A DNA stretch of 64,000 nucleotides, from the NCBI GenBank assembly GCA_965223855.1, contig CBDCXM010000009.1:1632001-1696000 (forward strand). The letters are read 5' to 3'. Below, one piece after another: positions 54,335-64,000 of this stretch. The notes below the pieces were generated by a model. That model made no database searches, was not told the DNA's origin, and saw only the letters and a list, made by a program, of their open reading frames with translations. Each line of letters begins with the position of its first letter. Within the stretch, counting starts at the first letter, position 1. The position numbers and the translations under genes are program-made. The stretch comes from Candidatus Multivoradales bacterium. GTDB lineage: Bacteria > Acidobacteriota > Thermoanaerobaculia > Multivoradales > JAHEKO01.

Positions 54335-55396
54335 ATGAGAGATGACGCCGCATCGAACCAGGCTCCCTCCGAGGGCGCCGCAACGATCGACGCTGATCGC
54401 GACCGCAAGGCCGAGCACATCGAGCTGGCGCTCGATCCGGCGGTAGAGCTGCTGCCCTCGGCATTCGACGGCTGGCGGCTCGAGCATCAGGCACTGCCGG
54501 AAATCGACATGGCGGCGATCGACAGCTCGATGAGCTGGCTCGGTCGGCGGTTGCGAGCGCCGCTGCTCGTGTCGTGCATGACCGGCGGCACGGCACAGGC
54601 GGCGTCGATCAACGAGAACCTTGCGCGGGCAGCGGAGACCGTGGGCGTCGCCCTGGGAGTCGGCTCGCAGCGCAAGGCGATCGAGGAGCCAGAGCTCGCA
54701 GCGACCTACGAGGTGCGTCGATGGGCTCCCTCGGTGCCGATCGTCGCCAACCTGGGAGCCGTGCAGCTCAACTACGGCTACGGCGTCGATCAATGCAGGG
54801 CCGCCGTCGAGATGGTCGATGCCGACGCGCTGGCGCTGCACCTCAACCCACTGCAGGAAGCGATCCAGCCCGAGGGACAGACGGACTTCTCCGGCCTCGC
54901 CGAACGGATCGCCGAAGTGGTCGCGGCGCTCGAGGTGCCGGTGATCGTCAAGGAGGTCGGCAGCGGGCTTTCGGCCTCGACGGTGCGGCGGCTCTATCGG
55001 TCCGGGATCCGGCACTTCGACACGGCGGGGCTCGGTGGCACCAGCTGGTCCCGGATCGAGGGAGCGCGCGCCGGCGACCGGCCGCTGGGGGAGCTCTTCG
55101 CCGACTGGGGTGTGCCGACCGTCGAGTCGCTGGAGGCCCTGACGCGCTACGACGATGTGACGGTGATCGCGAGCGGCGGAGTGAGGAGCGGTCTCGACAT
55201 CGCCAAGGCGCTCGCCCTCGGCGCCGACCTCGCCGGTCTCGCGCGGCCCTATCTCGGCCCGGCGACGGAGTCGGCGAGCGCGGTCGAGGAGGCGCTGCGA
55301 CGCACCGTGCGTGAGCTCCGGATCGCCATGTTCTGCAGTGGCGCGCTGAATCTCGACGCGCTCGGCAGGGTGGCGATCGAGCCGCTCGGTGGTTGA
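54335..55396 (+). CDS. fni: Type 2 isopentenyl-diphosphate delta-isomerase (FMN)
   Basis: RKAEHI, SCMTGG, GVGSQR, HLNPLQE, VKEVGSG, GGTSW, SGGVRSG. Confidence 0.94.
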   Translation: MRDDAASNQAPSEGAATIDADRDRKAEHIELALDPAVELLPSAFDGWRLEHQALPEIDMAAIDSSMSWLGRRLRAPLLVSCMTGGTAQAASINENLARAAETVGVALGVGSQRKAIEEPELAATYEVRRWAPSVPIVANLGAVQLNYGYGVDQCRAAVEMVDADALALHLNPLQEAIQPEGQTDFSGLAERIAEVVAALEVPVIVKEVGSGLSASTVRRLYRSGIRHFDTAGLGGTSWSRIEGARAGDRPLGELFADWGVPTVESLEALTRYDDVTVIASGGVRSGLDIAKALALGADLAGLARPYLGPATESASAVEEALRRTVRELRIAMFCSGALNLDALGRVAIEPLGG

Positions 55397-55456
55397 CCGG
55401 GCGGCTGTCCGGAGGGTCGACCGGACAGCGGCCTGACGCGGTACGCTTTCATCGCG

Positions 55457-56413
55457 ATGAGCGAGCCTTCAGGGACCAGTGTCCGGCGGCTGTCGGAAGA
55501 GGAGCGCCGAGCGCTCCTGCACGACCTGCTGGTTCGCACGAGCCGCACCTTCGCGCTGGCGATCCCGCTTCTGCCGCGGCCGGTCGATCGGCAGGTGACG
55601 GCGGCCTATCTGCTGTTCCGCATCGCCGACACTTTCGAGGATGCGACGGTCCTGTGGTCGCGCGAGCGCCGTCTCGAGGCGCTGGGTGACTTCGATGCGT
55701 TGCTCGCCTCTCCCGAAGAAGAGCGTGCGACGGTGCTGGCCGAGCGCTGGCTCGAGCGGGCGCCCAGCGATCACGAGGGTTACGTCGACCTGCTCCGCCA
55801 CACGCCGGAGGTGGTCGTGGAGCTGCTGGCCATGGACGAGGCGCCGAGACAGGTCATCGCGCACCACACGCGGCGCACCGCGCAGGGGATGGCTGACTTC
55901 GTGCGACGGCTCGTCGAAGGGGGTGAGTTGGCGCTCGGCGATCTCGCCGATCTGCGGCGCTATTGTTACGTCGTCGCCGGCATCGTCGGGGAGATGCTGA
56001 CCGAGCTGTTCCTTCTCGCCTTCGACCCGCTCACCCCGCGTGCCGGGGAACTGCGCAGCCGGGCGGCGGCCTTCGGCGAGGGGCTGCAACTGGTGAACGT
56101 GCTCAAGGATTCGGCGGCAGATCGCGACGAGGGGCGGGTGTTCGTGTCGTCCTCGACCTCTCGCGCCGAGGTCTTCGCCCTCGCTCGCCGCGATCTCGAG
56201 GATGCTGCCGAGTACTGCCGCATCCTGCAATCGGCAGGAGCGCCGCGCGGGGCGACCGCTTTCACCGCCTCTCCGGTGGCGCTCGCCCGAGCGGCGCTCG
56301 ACCGCATCGAGCGGGACGGTCCGGGCGCGAAGCTGACGCGACCCGAGGTGCTGATGCTGCATGCGAAGGTGCAGGCTGCTCTGACGGCGGGCAGGCCGGT
56401 CCTGCGATGGTAG
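55457..56413 (+). CDS. Squalene synthase-like trans-isoprenyl diphosphate synthase (FdfT/SQS type)
   Basis: SRTFALAI, YLLFRIADTFED, YCYVVAGIVGEMLT, GLQLVNVLKD..D..EGR. Confidence 0.85.
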   Translation: MSEPSGTSVRRLSEEERRALLHDLLVRTSRTFALAIPLLPRPVDRQVTAAYLLFRIADTFEDATVLWSRERRLEALGDFDALLASPEEERATVLAERWLERAPSDHEGYVDLLRHTPEVVVELLAMDEAPRQVIAHHTRRTAQGMADFVRRLVEGGELALGDLADLRRYCYVVAGIVGEMLTELFLLAFDPLTPRAGELRSRAAAFGEGLQLVNVLKDSAADRDEGRVFVSSSTSRAEVFALARRDLEDAAEYCRILQSAGAPRGATAFTASPVALARAALDRIERDGPGAKLTRPEVLMLHAKVQAALTAGRPVLRW

Positions 56414-56498
56414 GCGCTTCGACCGGGCGAGCCTGGAGCGGGGCGCTCGTCGCCGGGAACCGCAACACCGACTGCGCGTTTTCGTAGTCAGGGGAGCG

Positions 56499-58658
56499 AT
56501 GAGTCTCAGAACCAAGATCATCGTCTGGTTCCTGCTGCTCTCGGTCGTGCCGCTGGCGGCGATCGTCTCCTACTCCTACCTGTCGTCGAACAGCGCGCTG
56601 CGGCGGGCGGTCCTTTCCGAGAGCTGGGAGATGGCCGCCGGGTTGCGGCAGCAGATGGAATCGACGCGCCAGGACCTGCGGGAGCGAGTGGAGGGCTTGC
56701 ACGGCCTGCCCTGGGAGAGCCTGCTCGAGGCGTCGGTCGAGGGTGGGACGCCGCTCTATTCCGAGCGTTTCGAGGAGATGCTGGTCGACCTCGCGCCGTT
56801 CGTCGATACCCTGGAGTTCATCCCCTCACCACCGGAGGTGAGCGAGCGGCCGGAACCGCAGGCGCCGCCGGTCGCCCCTACTCCCGGGCCGGCTTCCGCG
56901 CCGACCCCCACCCCGACTCCCTCACGGGCGCCATCGGCCGGCGTCGTCACCGGGGTCGTGGCGACGGTAGAAGGGTTCGACGAGTTCGAGGAGTTCGAGT
57001 TCGAGCCGCTGGTGATCGAACTCGAGTCGTTCCTCCACAGCTCCGAAGAGGATCTCGAGAAGGCGTGGAAGCGGGACGACCTCCTGAGCGAAGTGCACGC
57101 CTCGGCGCTGCGGGGTGTGGACGTCGACATCGCCGCCGACGCGCTGTCGGAGGTGCGTCGCTCGCTCGAGGCGCTCGAACTGACCGGCGAGCGAACCACC
57201 AGCGAGGAGGCGAAGAAGAAGATCGCCAGCATCCGTGCCAAGGCGTTCAAGCGGCTGTCGAGCCTGCGCGAGGAAGAGGTCGCGCGGCGCAAGGAGCTGC
57301 GCGAGCGCTCGGAGCAGGTCATGGGAGCGAGCTACGACTGCCCCGTCGAGATCGAGGGAGAGACCGTCGGCAGCCTGCGGGCGAGCGTGCTGGCCAACCG
57401 GGTCGTCTCGCAGGTCCTGTCGGAAACAGACCGCGGACAGGGCGAGATCCCCTTCGCCTTCGATCGCGACGACCGGATCTATCTCGCGCAACAGGACGAC
57501 CTCGCCGCGCTGGAGCGCGCCGGGCTGGTCGGCAACGGGCGCTACCTCGACGCCGAGGCTTCGCCCGACTACGTCGTCGCCTATCTGAACGACGAGGAGT
57601 CCGATCTCACCTTCGGCATCGCGCGACCGATCCGCGAGTCGGTGCGCGAGCTGAGGCGGACCGCCGGTCGCAACTTCGGTCTGGGGTTCGGCCTCGTCGG
57701 ACTGGCGCTGATCGGTGTCGTTCCCCTGTCACGGCGGATCACCCGCGACCTCGAGGAGCTGACCGCCGGTTCCGAGCACATCGCCAGCGGCAACTGGGAC
57801 GTGAGAGTCCCGGTGCGCTCGCGAGACGAGGTCGGCCAGCTGGCGCAGTCGTTCAACCGGATGGCGGGCGAGCTCGTAGAGAACCAGCAGCGGCTGGTCG
57901 ACACCCAGCTCCAACAGCAGCTGCTCGAGGTGGAGAACGAGCGTCGCGGACGGGAGCTCGAGGAGGCACGACAGTTCCAGCTCTCGCTGCTGCCGAAAGA
58001 CCTGCCGAGGCATCCCGATCTCGAGGTGGCGGTCTTCATGCGCACGGCGACCGAGGTCGGCGGCGACTACTACGACTTCAAACTCGAGGAAGAGGGTGCG
58101 CTGACGGCGGTGATCGGCGACGCCACGGGTCACGGCGCCAAGGCGGGCACCATGGTCACCGTCATCAAGAGCCTCTTCACCGCCTGGTGGGGCGGCGACA
58201 AGCTGGTGCGCTTTCTCGATGCTGCCGCCGACTCGATCCGCGCCATGCGGCTCGGTCGGATGGCGATGGCGCTGATGCTCGCCAGGATCGACGGCAGGCG
58301 GCTTACCGTGTCGTCGGCAGGGATGCCGCCACTTCTGATCTGCCGCGCCGGTGGCGCGGTGGAGGAGGTCGCTCTTTCCGGCCTGCCGCTGGGCGGGATG
58401 GCGAACCCGTCTTACGATGAGCGTCAGGTCGAGCTCTCGCCGGGCGACACCATCCTGCTCCTGAGCGACGGCCTGCCGGAGCTGCCGAACGCCGCCGGCG
58501 AGCCGTTCGGCTACGAGCGTGTCCATCGCGCCTTCGAGCGGGCCTGTGCGGAAACCCCGCAGGGGGTCATCGAGAAGCTGGCGGCCGCCGCTCGCGAATG
58601 GGCGCCGGGGGCACCCGCCGACGACATCACGTTCGTCGTGCTCCGTCTCGAGACGTAG
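56499..58658 (+). CDS. Membrane sensor phosphatase (HAMP + SpoIIE/PP2C)
   Basis: Two TM helices, HAMP (DEVGQLAQSFNRM), VGGDYYD, DATGHG, LSDGL, DDIT. Confidence 0.9.
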   Translation: MSLRTKIIVWFLLLSVVPLAAIVSYSYLSSNSALRRAVLSESWEMAAGLRQQMESTRQDLRERVEGLHGLPWESLLEASVEGGTPLYSERFEEMLVDLAPFVDTLEFIPSPPEVSERPEPQAPPVAPTPGPASAPTPTPTPSRAPSAGVVTGVVATVEGFDEFEEFEFEPLVIELESFLHSSEEDLEKAWKRDDLLSEVHASALRGVDVDIAADALSEVRRSLEALELTGERTTSEEAKKKIASIRAKAFKRLSSLREEEVARRKELRERSEQVMGASYDCPVEIEGETVGSLRASVLANRVVSQVLSETDRGQGEIPFAFDRDDRIYLAQQDDLAALERAGLVGNGRYLDAEASPDYVVAYLNDEESDLTFGIARPIRESVRELRRTAGRNFGLGFGLVGLALIGVVPLSRRITRDLEELTAGSEHIASGNWDVRVPVRSRDEVGQLAQSFNRMAGELVENQQRLVDTQLQQQLLEVENERRGRELEEARQFQLSLLPKDLPRHPDLEVAVFMRTATEVGGDYYDFKLEEEGALTAVIGDATGHGAKAGTMVTVIKSLFTAWWGGDKLVRFLDAAADSIRAMRLGRMAMALMLARIDGRRLTVSSAGMPPLLICRAGGAVEEVALSGLPLGGMANPSYDERQVELSPGDTILLLSDGLPELPNAAGEPFGYERVHRAFERACAETPQGVIEKLAAAAREWAPGAPADDITFVVLRLET

Positions 58659-58724
58659 CCGGGCCGGCGAGCCACCCTCGCGCCGCCTCGGGGTGGCCGA
58701 GAAGTTCAGGCTACACTCCGCGCC

Positions 58725-60548
58725 GTGAACGACCGTGCGCTGCCAGCTTCCGCGTTGCCGGATCTGCGGGCCTTCCTCGATCTGCTGCGCCGGCGCGGCG
58801 ATCTGGTCGAAGTGAGCGCCCCGGTCGATGCCGATCAGGAGGTCGCAGAGATCCATCGACGGGTCATCGCCGCGGGCGGGCCGGCGCTGCTCTTCACCGG
58901 CGTTCGGGGCGCCGACTTCCCGCTGGTGACGAACCTCTACGGCACCGCGGGGAGGGCCGAGGCGGCCTTCGGTCGGCGGCCGTTCGAGGTCGTGAGGCGG
59001 GTGGCCGAACTGCCGCAGGAGCTGATGCCGCCGTCGCTCGGTCGCCTCTGGGGCGCCCGCGATCTGGCGCTCGATCTGCTCAAGGTCGGTATGAAGCGTC
59101 GTTCGCGGGGCGCGGTGCGGGAGCGCACCATGGCGCCGGCGCGTCTCGACCGGTTGCCGGCACTCACGACCTGGCCGGAGGACGGCGGGCCGTTCCTCAC
59201 CCTGCCGACCGTCTACACCGAGCATCCCGACGGTCTCGGCCACAACCTCGGCATGTACCGGATGCAGGTCCACGACGCCACGACGACCGGGATGCACTGG
59301 CAGATCGGCAAGGGGGGCGGCTTCCACCACGCCGCCGCCCGAGAGCGTGGCGAGCCGTTACCGGTGACCGTCTTTCTCGGCGGCCCACCCGCCCTCGTCC
59401 TGGCGGCGATCGCACCGCTACCAGAGAATGTGCCGGAACTGCTCCTCGCGTCGCTGCTGGCCGGTCGCAGGCTACCGCTGTGCGATGGAGACGGCGCCCA
59501 CGCTCTGCTGGCCGATGCCGAGTTCGCGCTCGAGGGGAGCGTGGCGCCGGAGACACAGCGAGCCGAAGGGCCGTTCGGCGACCACTACGGCTACTACTCG
59601 CTGCGCCACGACTACCCGGTGTTCGAGGTCGATCGGGTTCATCACCGTGCGGATGCGATCCTGCCGGCGACGGTGGTCGGCAAGCCGCGGCAGGAGGACT
59701 TCTTCATCGGCGATCTCCTTCAGGAGCTTCTGGCGCCTCTATTTCCGCTGGTGATGCCCGGCGTCCGCGACCTTTGGTCGTACGGCGAGACCGGCTACCA
59801 CTCGCTGTCGGCGGCGGTCGTGCGCGAGCGATACAAGCGTGAGGCGATGGCGAGTGCCTTCCGCATCCTCGGCGAGGGGCAGCTCTCGCTCACCAAGTTC
59901 CTGCTGGTGATCGATGCGCCTCGCGACCTGAAGGACTTCCGCGGCACCCTGGAGCACCTGCTCGAGCGGACCCGCCCCGAGACCGATCTCTTCGTGCTCA
60001 GCAACCTGTCGATGGACACCCTCGACTATGCCGGTCCGGCGGTGAACGAAGGTTCGAAGGGGGTATGGCTCGGGCTCGGGGAGCCGGTGCGCGACCTGCC
60101 GGGAGCGTTCGAGGCCGAACAGCTCCCGGAAGGGGTGGCGAGGGTCGAGGTCTACTGCCGCGGCTGCGTCGTCGTCGAGGGTCGGTCGAAGGGCGAGGAC
60201 CCCGGCCTGGGGGCCCGCGTCGCGACCCACCCCGCCTTCGCCGACTGGCCGCTCGTGGTGCTGAGCGACGAGGCGCGCCGCGCCGCCGTGAGCGACGCGA
60301 ACTTCCTGTGGACGACCTTCACCCGCTTCGACCCGGCGACCGACCTCACCGCCGCCCGCGTCGAGCTGACGCGCAATCACCTCGGCTACACGCCGCCGGT
60401 GGTGATCGACGCCCGGCTGCGGGACGGCTTCCCGGACGAGCTCTTCTGTGCGCCGGAAATCGCCCGGCGGGTGAGCGAGCGTTGGAAGGAGTACTTCCCC
60501 GACGGCACGGTCGAGATGGGCGACTCCGATCGCGCCCATCTGACGTGA
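58725..60548 (+). CDS. UbiD-family prFMN decarboxylase (long, MqnL-like)
   Basis: NLGMYRMQ, MHWQIGKGG, EGPFGDHYGYY, VVGKPRQED. Confidence 0.9.
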   Translation: MNDRALPASALPDLRAFLDLLRRRGDLVEVSAPVDADQEVAEIHRRVIAAGGPALLFTGVRGADFPLVTNLYGTAGRAEAAFGRRPFEVVRRVAELPQELMPPSLGRLWGARDLALDLLKVGMKRRSRGAVRERTMAPARLDRLPALTTWPEDGGPFLTLPTVYTEHPDGLGHNLGMYRMQVHDATTTGMHWQIGKGGGFHHAAARERGEPLPVTVFLGGPPALVLAAIAPLPENVPELLLASLLAGRRLPLCDGDGAHALLADAEFALEGSVAPETQRAEGPFGDHYGYYSLRHDYPVFEVDRVHHRADAILPATVVGKPRQEDFFIGDLLQELLAPLFPLVMPGVRDLWSYGETGYHSLSAAVVRERYKREAMASAFRILGEGQLSLTKFLLVIDAPRDLKDFRGTLEHLLERTRPETDLFVLSNLSMDTLDYAGPAVNEGSKGVWLGLGEPVRDLPGAFEAEQLPEGVARVEVYCRGCVVVEGRSKGEDPGLGARVATHPAFADWPLVVLSDEARRAAVSDANFLWTTFTRFDPATDLTAARVELTRNHLGYTPPVVIDARLRDGFPDELFCAPEIARRVSERWKEYFPDGTVEMGDSDRAHLT

Positions 60549-60623
60549 GCTCTTCGAGCCGGGCCTGCCAGGACACACCGGCGTGAGGGTTCCGGGCCAG
60601 ACCCGCCATAGAATGCCCGCTCC

Positions 60624-61013
60624 GTGAAGATCGACACACATCCCGCTATCGACCAGGAGTTGTGCGGCAAGCCGGTGCTGGTCGAGGACGGGCGGGCCGA
60701 GGTGCTGCTGGCGACGACGCCGCGCATGGCCGCCGACGAGCGGGGCCTCGTGCACGGCGGGTTCGTCTTCGGCGCGGCGGACTATGCGGCGATGCTGGCG
60801 GTCAACGACCCCAACGTCGTCCTCGGCGGCGCCGACGTCCGCTTCCTGGCTCCGGTCGAGGTGCCGGAGAGTGTGGCGATCGCGGCGACGGTCGAGTCGG
60901 CGGACGGTCGCAAGCGGCTGGTCAGGGTAGAAGGGCGGGTCGGGACGCGGCCGGTCGTGAGCGGCCACTTCACCTGCTTTGTCCTCGACGAGCACGTCCT
61001 GGAGACCCGATGA
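60624..61013 (+). CDS. PaaI-family hotdog thioesterase
   Basis: [24 protein letters not shown]. Confidence 0.85.
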   Translation: MKIDTHPAIDQELCGKPVLVEDGRAEVLLATTPRMAADERGLVHGGFVFGAADYAAMLAVNDPNVVLGGADVRFLAPVEVPESVAIAATVESADGRKRLVRVEGRVGTRPVVSGHFTCFVLDEHVLETR

Positions 61014-61043
61014 GGCTGGAGGGCCTGTGAAGCTGGAGAAGCC

Positions 61044-62774
61044 GTGAACGGCGGATCGGTCGTCGCCCGGGTGCTCGTCGAGCACGGGGTCGAGCATCTC
61101 TTCACACTGTGCGGTGGACACATCTCGCCGGTGCTGGTGGAGAGCAAGCGCCTCGGCATCCGGGTCGTCGATGTGCGCCACGAGGTCAACGCCGTCTTCG
61201 CCGCCGATGCGGTCGCGAGGCTGACCGGGCGTCCGGGGGTGGCGGCGGTCACCGCGGGGCCGGGCGTCACCAACACGGTGACGGCGATCAAGAACGCTCA
61301 GATGGCGCAGTCGCCGCTGGTCCTGCTGGGCGGCGCGACGGCGACCATGCTCGAGGGGCGCGGCTCGCTGCAGGACATCGACCAGATGGCGCTGATGGAG
61401 CCGCATGTGAAGTGGGCGGCCACGGTCGATCGGGTGGCGGCGATCGGGCCGGCACTGGAGCACGCCTTCCGGGTGGCGGCGAGCGGTGTGCCGGGACCGG
61501 TCTTCCTCGAGCTGCCGATGGATCTGCTCTACGACGAGACGCTGGTCGCCGACTGGTACGGCGTCGGTGCCGGTGAGCCGAAGACGCTCATGGGGCGACT
61601 CGAGAAGGCGTATCTGCAGCGGCACGCCCGGCGACTGTTCCGCGGCGCCGATCCCGACCGGCAGGTCGAGCGGCACGAGGTGGAAGTGCCGGAGGTCTCC
61701 GCCCGAGGCGTGCGCAAAGCGGCCCGGGCGCTGGCGCGCGCCGAGCGGCCGGTGCTCGTGATCGGCAGCCAGGCGACCCTCGAGGCCGGAGAGGTCGAGC
61801 GGCTGGCGGAGGCGGTGGGTGAGATCGGTCTGCCGGTCTACCTCTCCGGTATGGCGCGCGGTCTTCTGGGGGCGGGACACGGGAGCCAACTCCGCCATCA
61901 GCGGACGAAGGCGCTGCGCGAGGCGGACCTGGTGCTGTTGGCCGGTGTGCCGTGCGATTTCCGGCTCAACTACGGGCGTCACATTCCGCGCCGCGCCCGG
62001 TATCTTGCGGTCAACCGCAGCCGGCACGACCTCTACGCCAATCGGCGACCCGACCTGGCGCTGCTCGGCGATCCCGGTCGCTTCCTGAGAGCGCTGGCGG
62101 AGGTGTTCCAGGCTTCGGATGAGGCGCTCGAGGAGTGGCGGGAGACGCTCGCGACCCGCGACCGGGAGCGCGAAGCCGACATCGACCGGCGCGCCGCGCA
62201 GAAGACGAACCACGTCAATCCGCTGGCTCTCTTCCGCGGGCTCGATCCGCTGCTGAGCAAGGAGTCGATTCTCGTCGCCGACGGCGGCGACTTCGTCGCA
62301 ACCGCCTCCTACACCCTGGCACCCCGCGGGCCGCTCTCATGGCTCGATCCGGGCGCTTTCGGCACGCTGGGGGTGGGGGCCGGCTTCGCCCTCGGCGCCA
62401 AGCTGGTGCGCCCGGAGTCGGAGGTGTGGATCATCTACGGCGACGGCTCGGCGGCCTACAGCCTTGCCGAGTTCGACACCTTCGTCCGCCACGAGCTGCC
62501 GGTGATCGCGCTCGTCGGCAACGACGCGAGCTGGGCGCAGATCGCCCGCGAGCAGGTCGAGATTCTCGAGGACGACGTCGGTACGGTGCTGCGCCGGACC
62601 AGCTATCAGACGGTGGCCGAGGGCTACGGCGGACGCGGGCTGCTGCTCGAGGAGCCGGAGATGATCGTGCCGACGATCGAGGCGGCGCGTGCGGCGTCAC
62701 GAGTCGGCAAGCCGGTGCTGATCAACGCGTTGATCGGCAGGACCGACTTCCGCAAGGGCTCGATCTCGATGTAG
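61044..62774 (+). CDS. Thiamine-diphosphate enzyme (acetolactate synthase-like; ILVBL/2-hydroxyacyl-CoA lyase type)
   Basis: [35 protein letters not shown]...N, C-terminal DFRKGSISM. Confidence 0.88.
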   Translation: MNGGSVVARVLVEHGVEHLFTLCGGHISPVLVESKRLGIRVVDVRHEVNAVFAADAVARLTGRPGVAAVTAGPGVTNTVTAIKNAQMAQSPLVLLGGATATMLEGRGSLQDIDQMALMEPHVKWAATVDRVAAIGPALEHAFRVAASGVPGPVFLELPMDLLYDETLVADWYGVGAGEPKTLMGRLEKAYLQRHARRLFRGADPDRQVERHEVEVPEVSARGVRKAARALARAERPVLVIGSQATLEAGEVERLAEAVGEIGLPVYLSGMARGLLGAGHGSQLRHQRTKALREADLVLLAGVPCDFRLNYGRHIPRRARYLAVNRSRHDLYANRRPDLALLGDPGRFLRALAEVFQASDEALEEWRETLATRDREREADIDRRAAQKTNHVNPLALFRGLDPLLSKESILVADGGDFVATASYTLAPRGPLSWLDPGAFGTLGVGAGFALGAKLVRPESEVWIIYGDGSAAYSLAEFDTFVRHELPVIALVGNDASWAQIAREQVEILEDDVGTVLRRTSYQTVAEGYGGRGLLLEEPEMIVPTIEAARAASRVGKPVLINALIGRTDFRKGSISM

Positions 62775-62802
62775 TTGCCGGTCGGGTGTAGAGTCCGCGG
62801 CC

Positions 62803-63580
62803 ATGGACCTGCACCTCGACGGCAAGATCGCACTCGTCACCGGCGCCAGCCGGGGGATCGGAAACTACATCGCTCACGGTCTGGCGGCCGAAGGGTGCCG
62901 GCTGGCGATCTGCGCCCGAGGCGAGGAGCGCCTCCGCGAGGCGGCCGCCGAGCTGGAGGAGGGCGGTGCCGAGGTGCTGGCGCTGCCGGTCGACATCACC
63001 GCCGCGGGAGCGGCCGAAGAGACCCTCGCTGCGGTGGAGGAGCGCTTCGGCGGTCTCGACATCCTGATCAACAACGCCGGCGGCAACGCGCGCGGCGCCT
63101 TCGCCGACCTGGGACGAGGAGGCCTGGGAGCAGGTCCTCGAGCTCAACTTCTCGGGCCACCGGCGGTTCTCGAAGGCGGCGATTCCGCTCCTGAGGAAGT
63201 CGGACTCGGGAGTGATCCTGTTCGTCGCCTCGATCTTCGGTCGTGAGGCGGGTGGAGCGGGGCTGGCGATCTACAACACCACCAAGTCGGCGCTCATCAG
63301 CCTCGCCAAGATCATGGCGCTCGAGCTCGCGGGCGACGGCATCCGTGTGCTCTCCGTGGCGCCCGGGTCGATCCGCTTCCCGGGCGGCAGCTGGGACAAG
63401 CGCTGCATCGCCGACCCCGAGGGGATGGAGGCGTTCGTCGCGCAGAACCTGCCGATCGGCCGCTTCGGCACCGCCGAGGAGGTGGCCGACCTGGTCGCCT
63501 TTCTCGTTTCGGACCGGGCGAGCCTCGTCACCGGCGCCTGCATCAACGCCGACGGCGGGCAGAGCCGCTCGCTCATCTGA
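62803..63580 (+). pseudogene. SDR oxidoreductase split by a frameshift near 63112 (pseudogene or sequencing error)
   Basis: N-half TGASRGIG...NNAGG...AFADL. After skipping one G the frame continues DEEAWEQVLELN...YNTTK...INADGGQSRSLI. Confidence 0.8.
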
Positions 63581-63619
63581 GCGCACGGGCTCGCCGCCGG
63601 CTCTCCCATCGCCTCGGCG

Positions 63620-64000
63620 CTACCCGCCGGCTGCGAGCATCTCCTGCGCCTCGATGATCTGCAGGTTGTGGCGCTGGTTGTGGGCACCGATCAGGGCGAG
63701 CCACTGGTGGAGGTTCATCCGCCCCGGAGGTCCTTCGGCGGTGTGCTGCTTCAGCGGTGCGGTGGTGGTCCGGACGAAGTCGAGGGTGCGGGCACGGAGT
63801 CGGCCGAACGACTCGACGAGGTCGGCGCGGCTGCGCTCGCCGGTCGGCTGGAAGCTCTCCGGCGCCTGAAACTTCCGGCTTCGATCGCGCAGATTCTCGC
63901 CGAGCTGGGCCACGGTGAGCGTCAGCGTCGACTCCCATTCGGGATCCGGCTCGCCCTCGAGCGCGTCGAGAATGAGGGTGAAGATCCCCTCCTCGGCGAT
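63620..64000 (-). CDS. DinB-family protein, C-terminal part (start lies beyond the window)
   Basis: Frame is open to the window edge; QWLALIGAHNQRHNLQI His pattern. Confidence 0.7.
   Translation of the reverse strand: MAEEGIFTLILDALEGEPDPEWESTLTLTVAQLGENLRDRSRKFQAPESFQPTGERSRADLVESFGRLRARTLDFVRTTTAPLKQHTAEGPPGRMNLHQWLALIGAHNQRHNLQIIEAQEMLAAGG

Overview
This is a very GC-rich (roughly 70% by eye), gene-dense bacterial chromosome segment. The gene content (diderm envelope genes, hopanoid genes, a long UbiD/MqnL-type decarboxylase, many ECF sigma factors) suggests Acidobacteriota or a similar lineage, but that is inference only. I saw no rRNA, tRNA, CRISPR array or transposase. Main blocks: (1) 1-9.4 kb, a redox island with a Mo-bisPGD oxidoreductase (truncated by the window edge), a GCS2-CBS fusion and a DosS-like GAF kinase/NarL pair, divergent from an operon encoding a beta-barrel porin, a Tat Rieske protein, cytochrome b and a membrane-anchored octaheme HAO-family cytochrome in place of cytochrome c1. 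(2) Two ECF sigma/anti-sigma modules, one with a duplicated divergent promoter and Spy/CpxP-like genes. (3) Housekeeping genes (pgm/pmm, rlmH, dksA-like, lapAB-like, holA-like, mutM, ptrB, apaG). (4) A hopanoid operon shc-hpnH-hpnA-hpnG-(alkaline-phosphatase-family gene)-fni-squalene synthase. (5) UbiD, a thioesterase, a TPP enzyme and a frameshifted SDR. The most striking non-coding signal is a pair of ~370-bp intergenic elements (20085-20460 and 36459-36829). Each has two inverted ~80-nt hairpins, with compensatory base changes across the four copies, around unrelated spacers of near-identical length (133 and 134 nt). All calls come from motif recognition by eye; no database searches were run.
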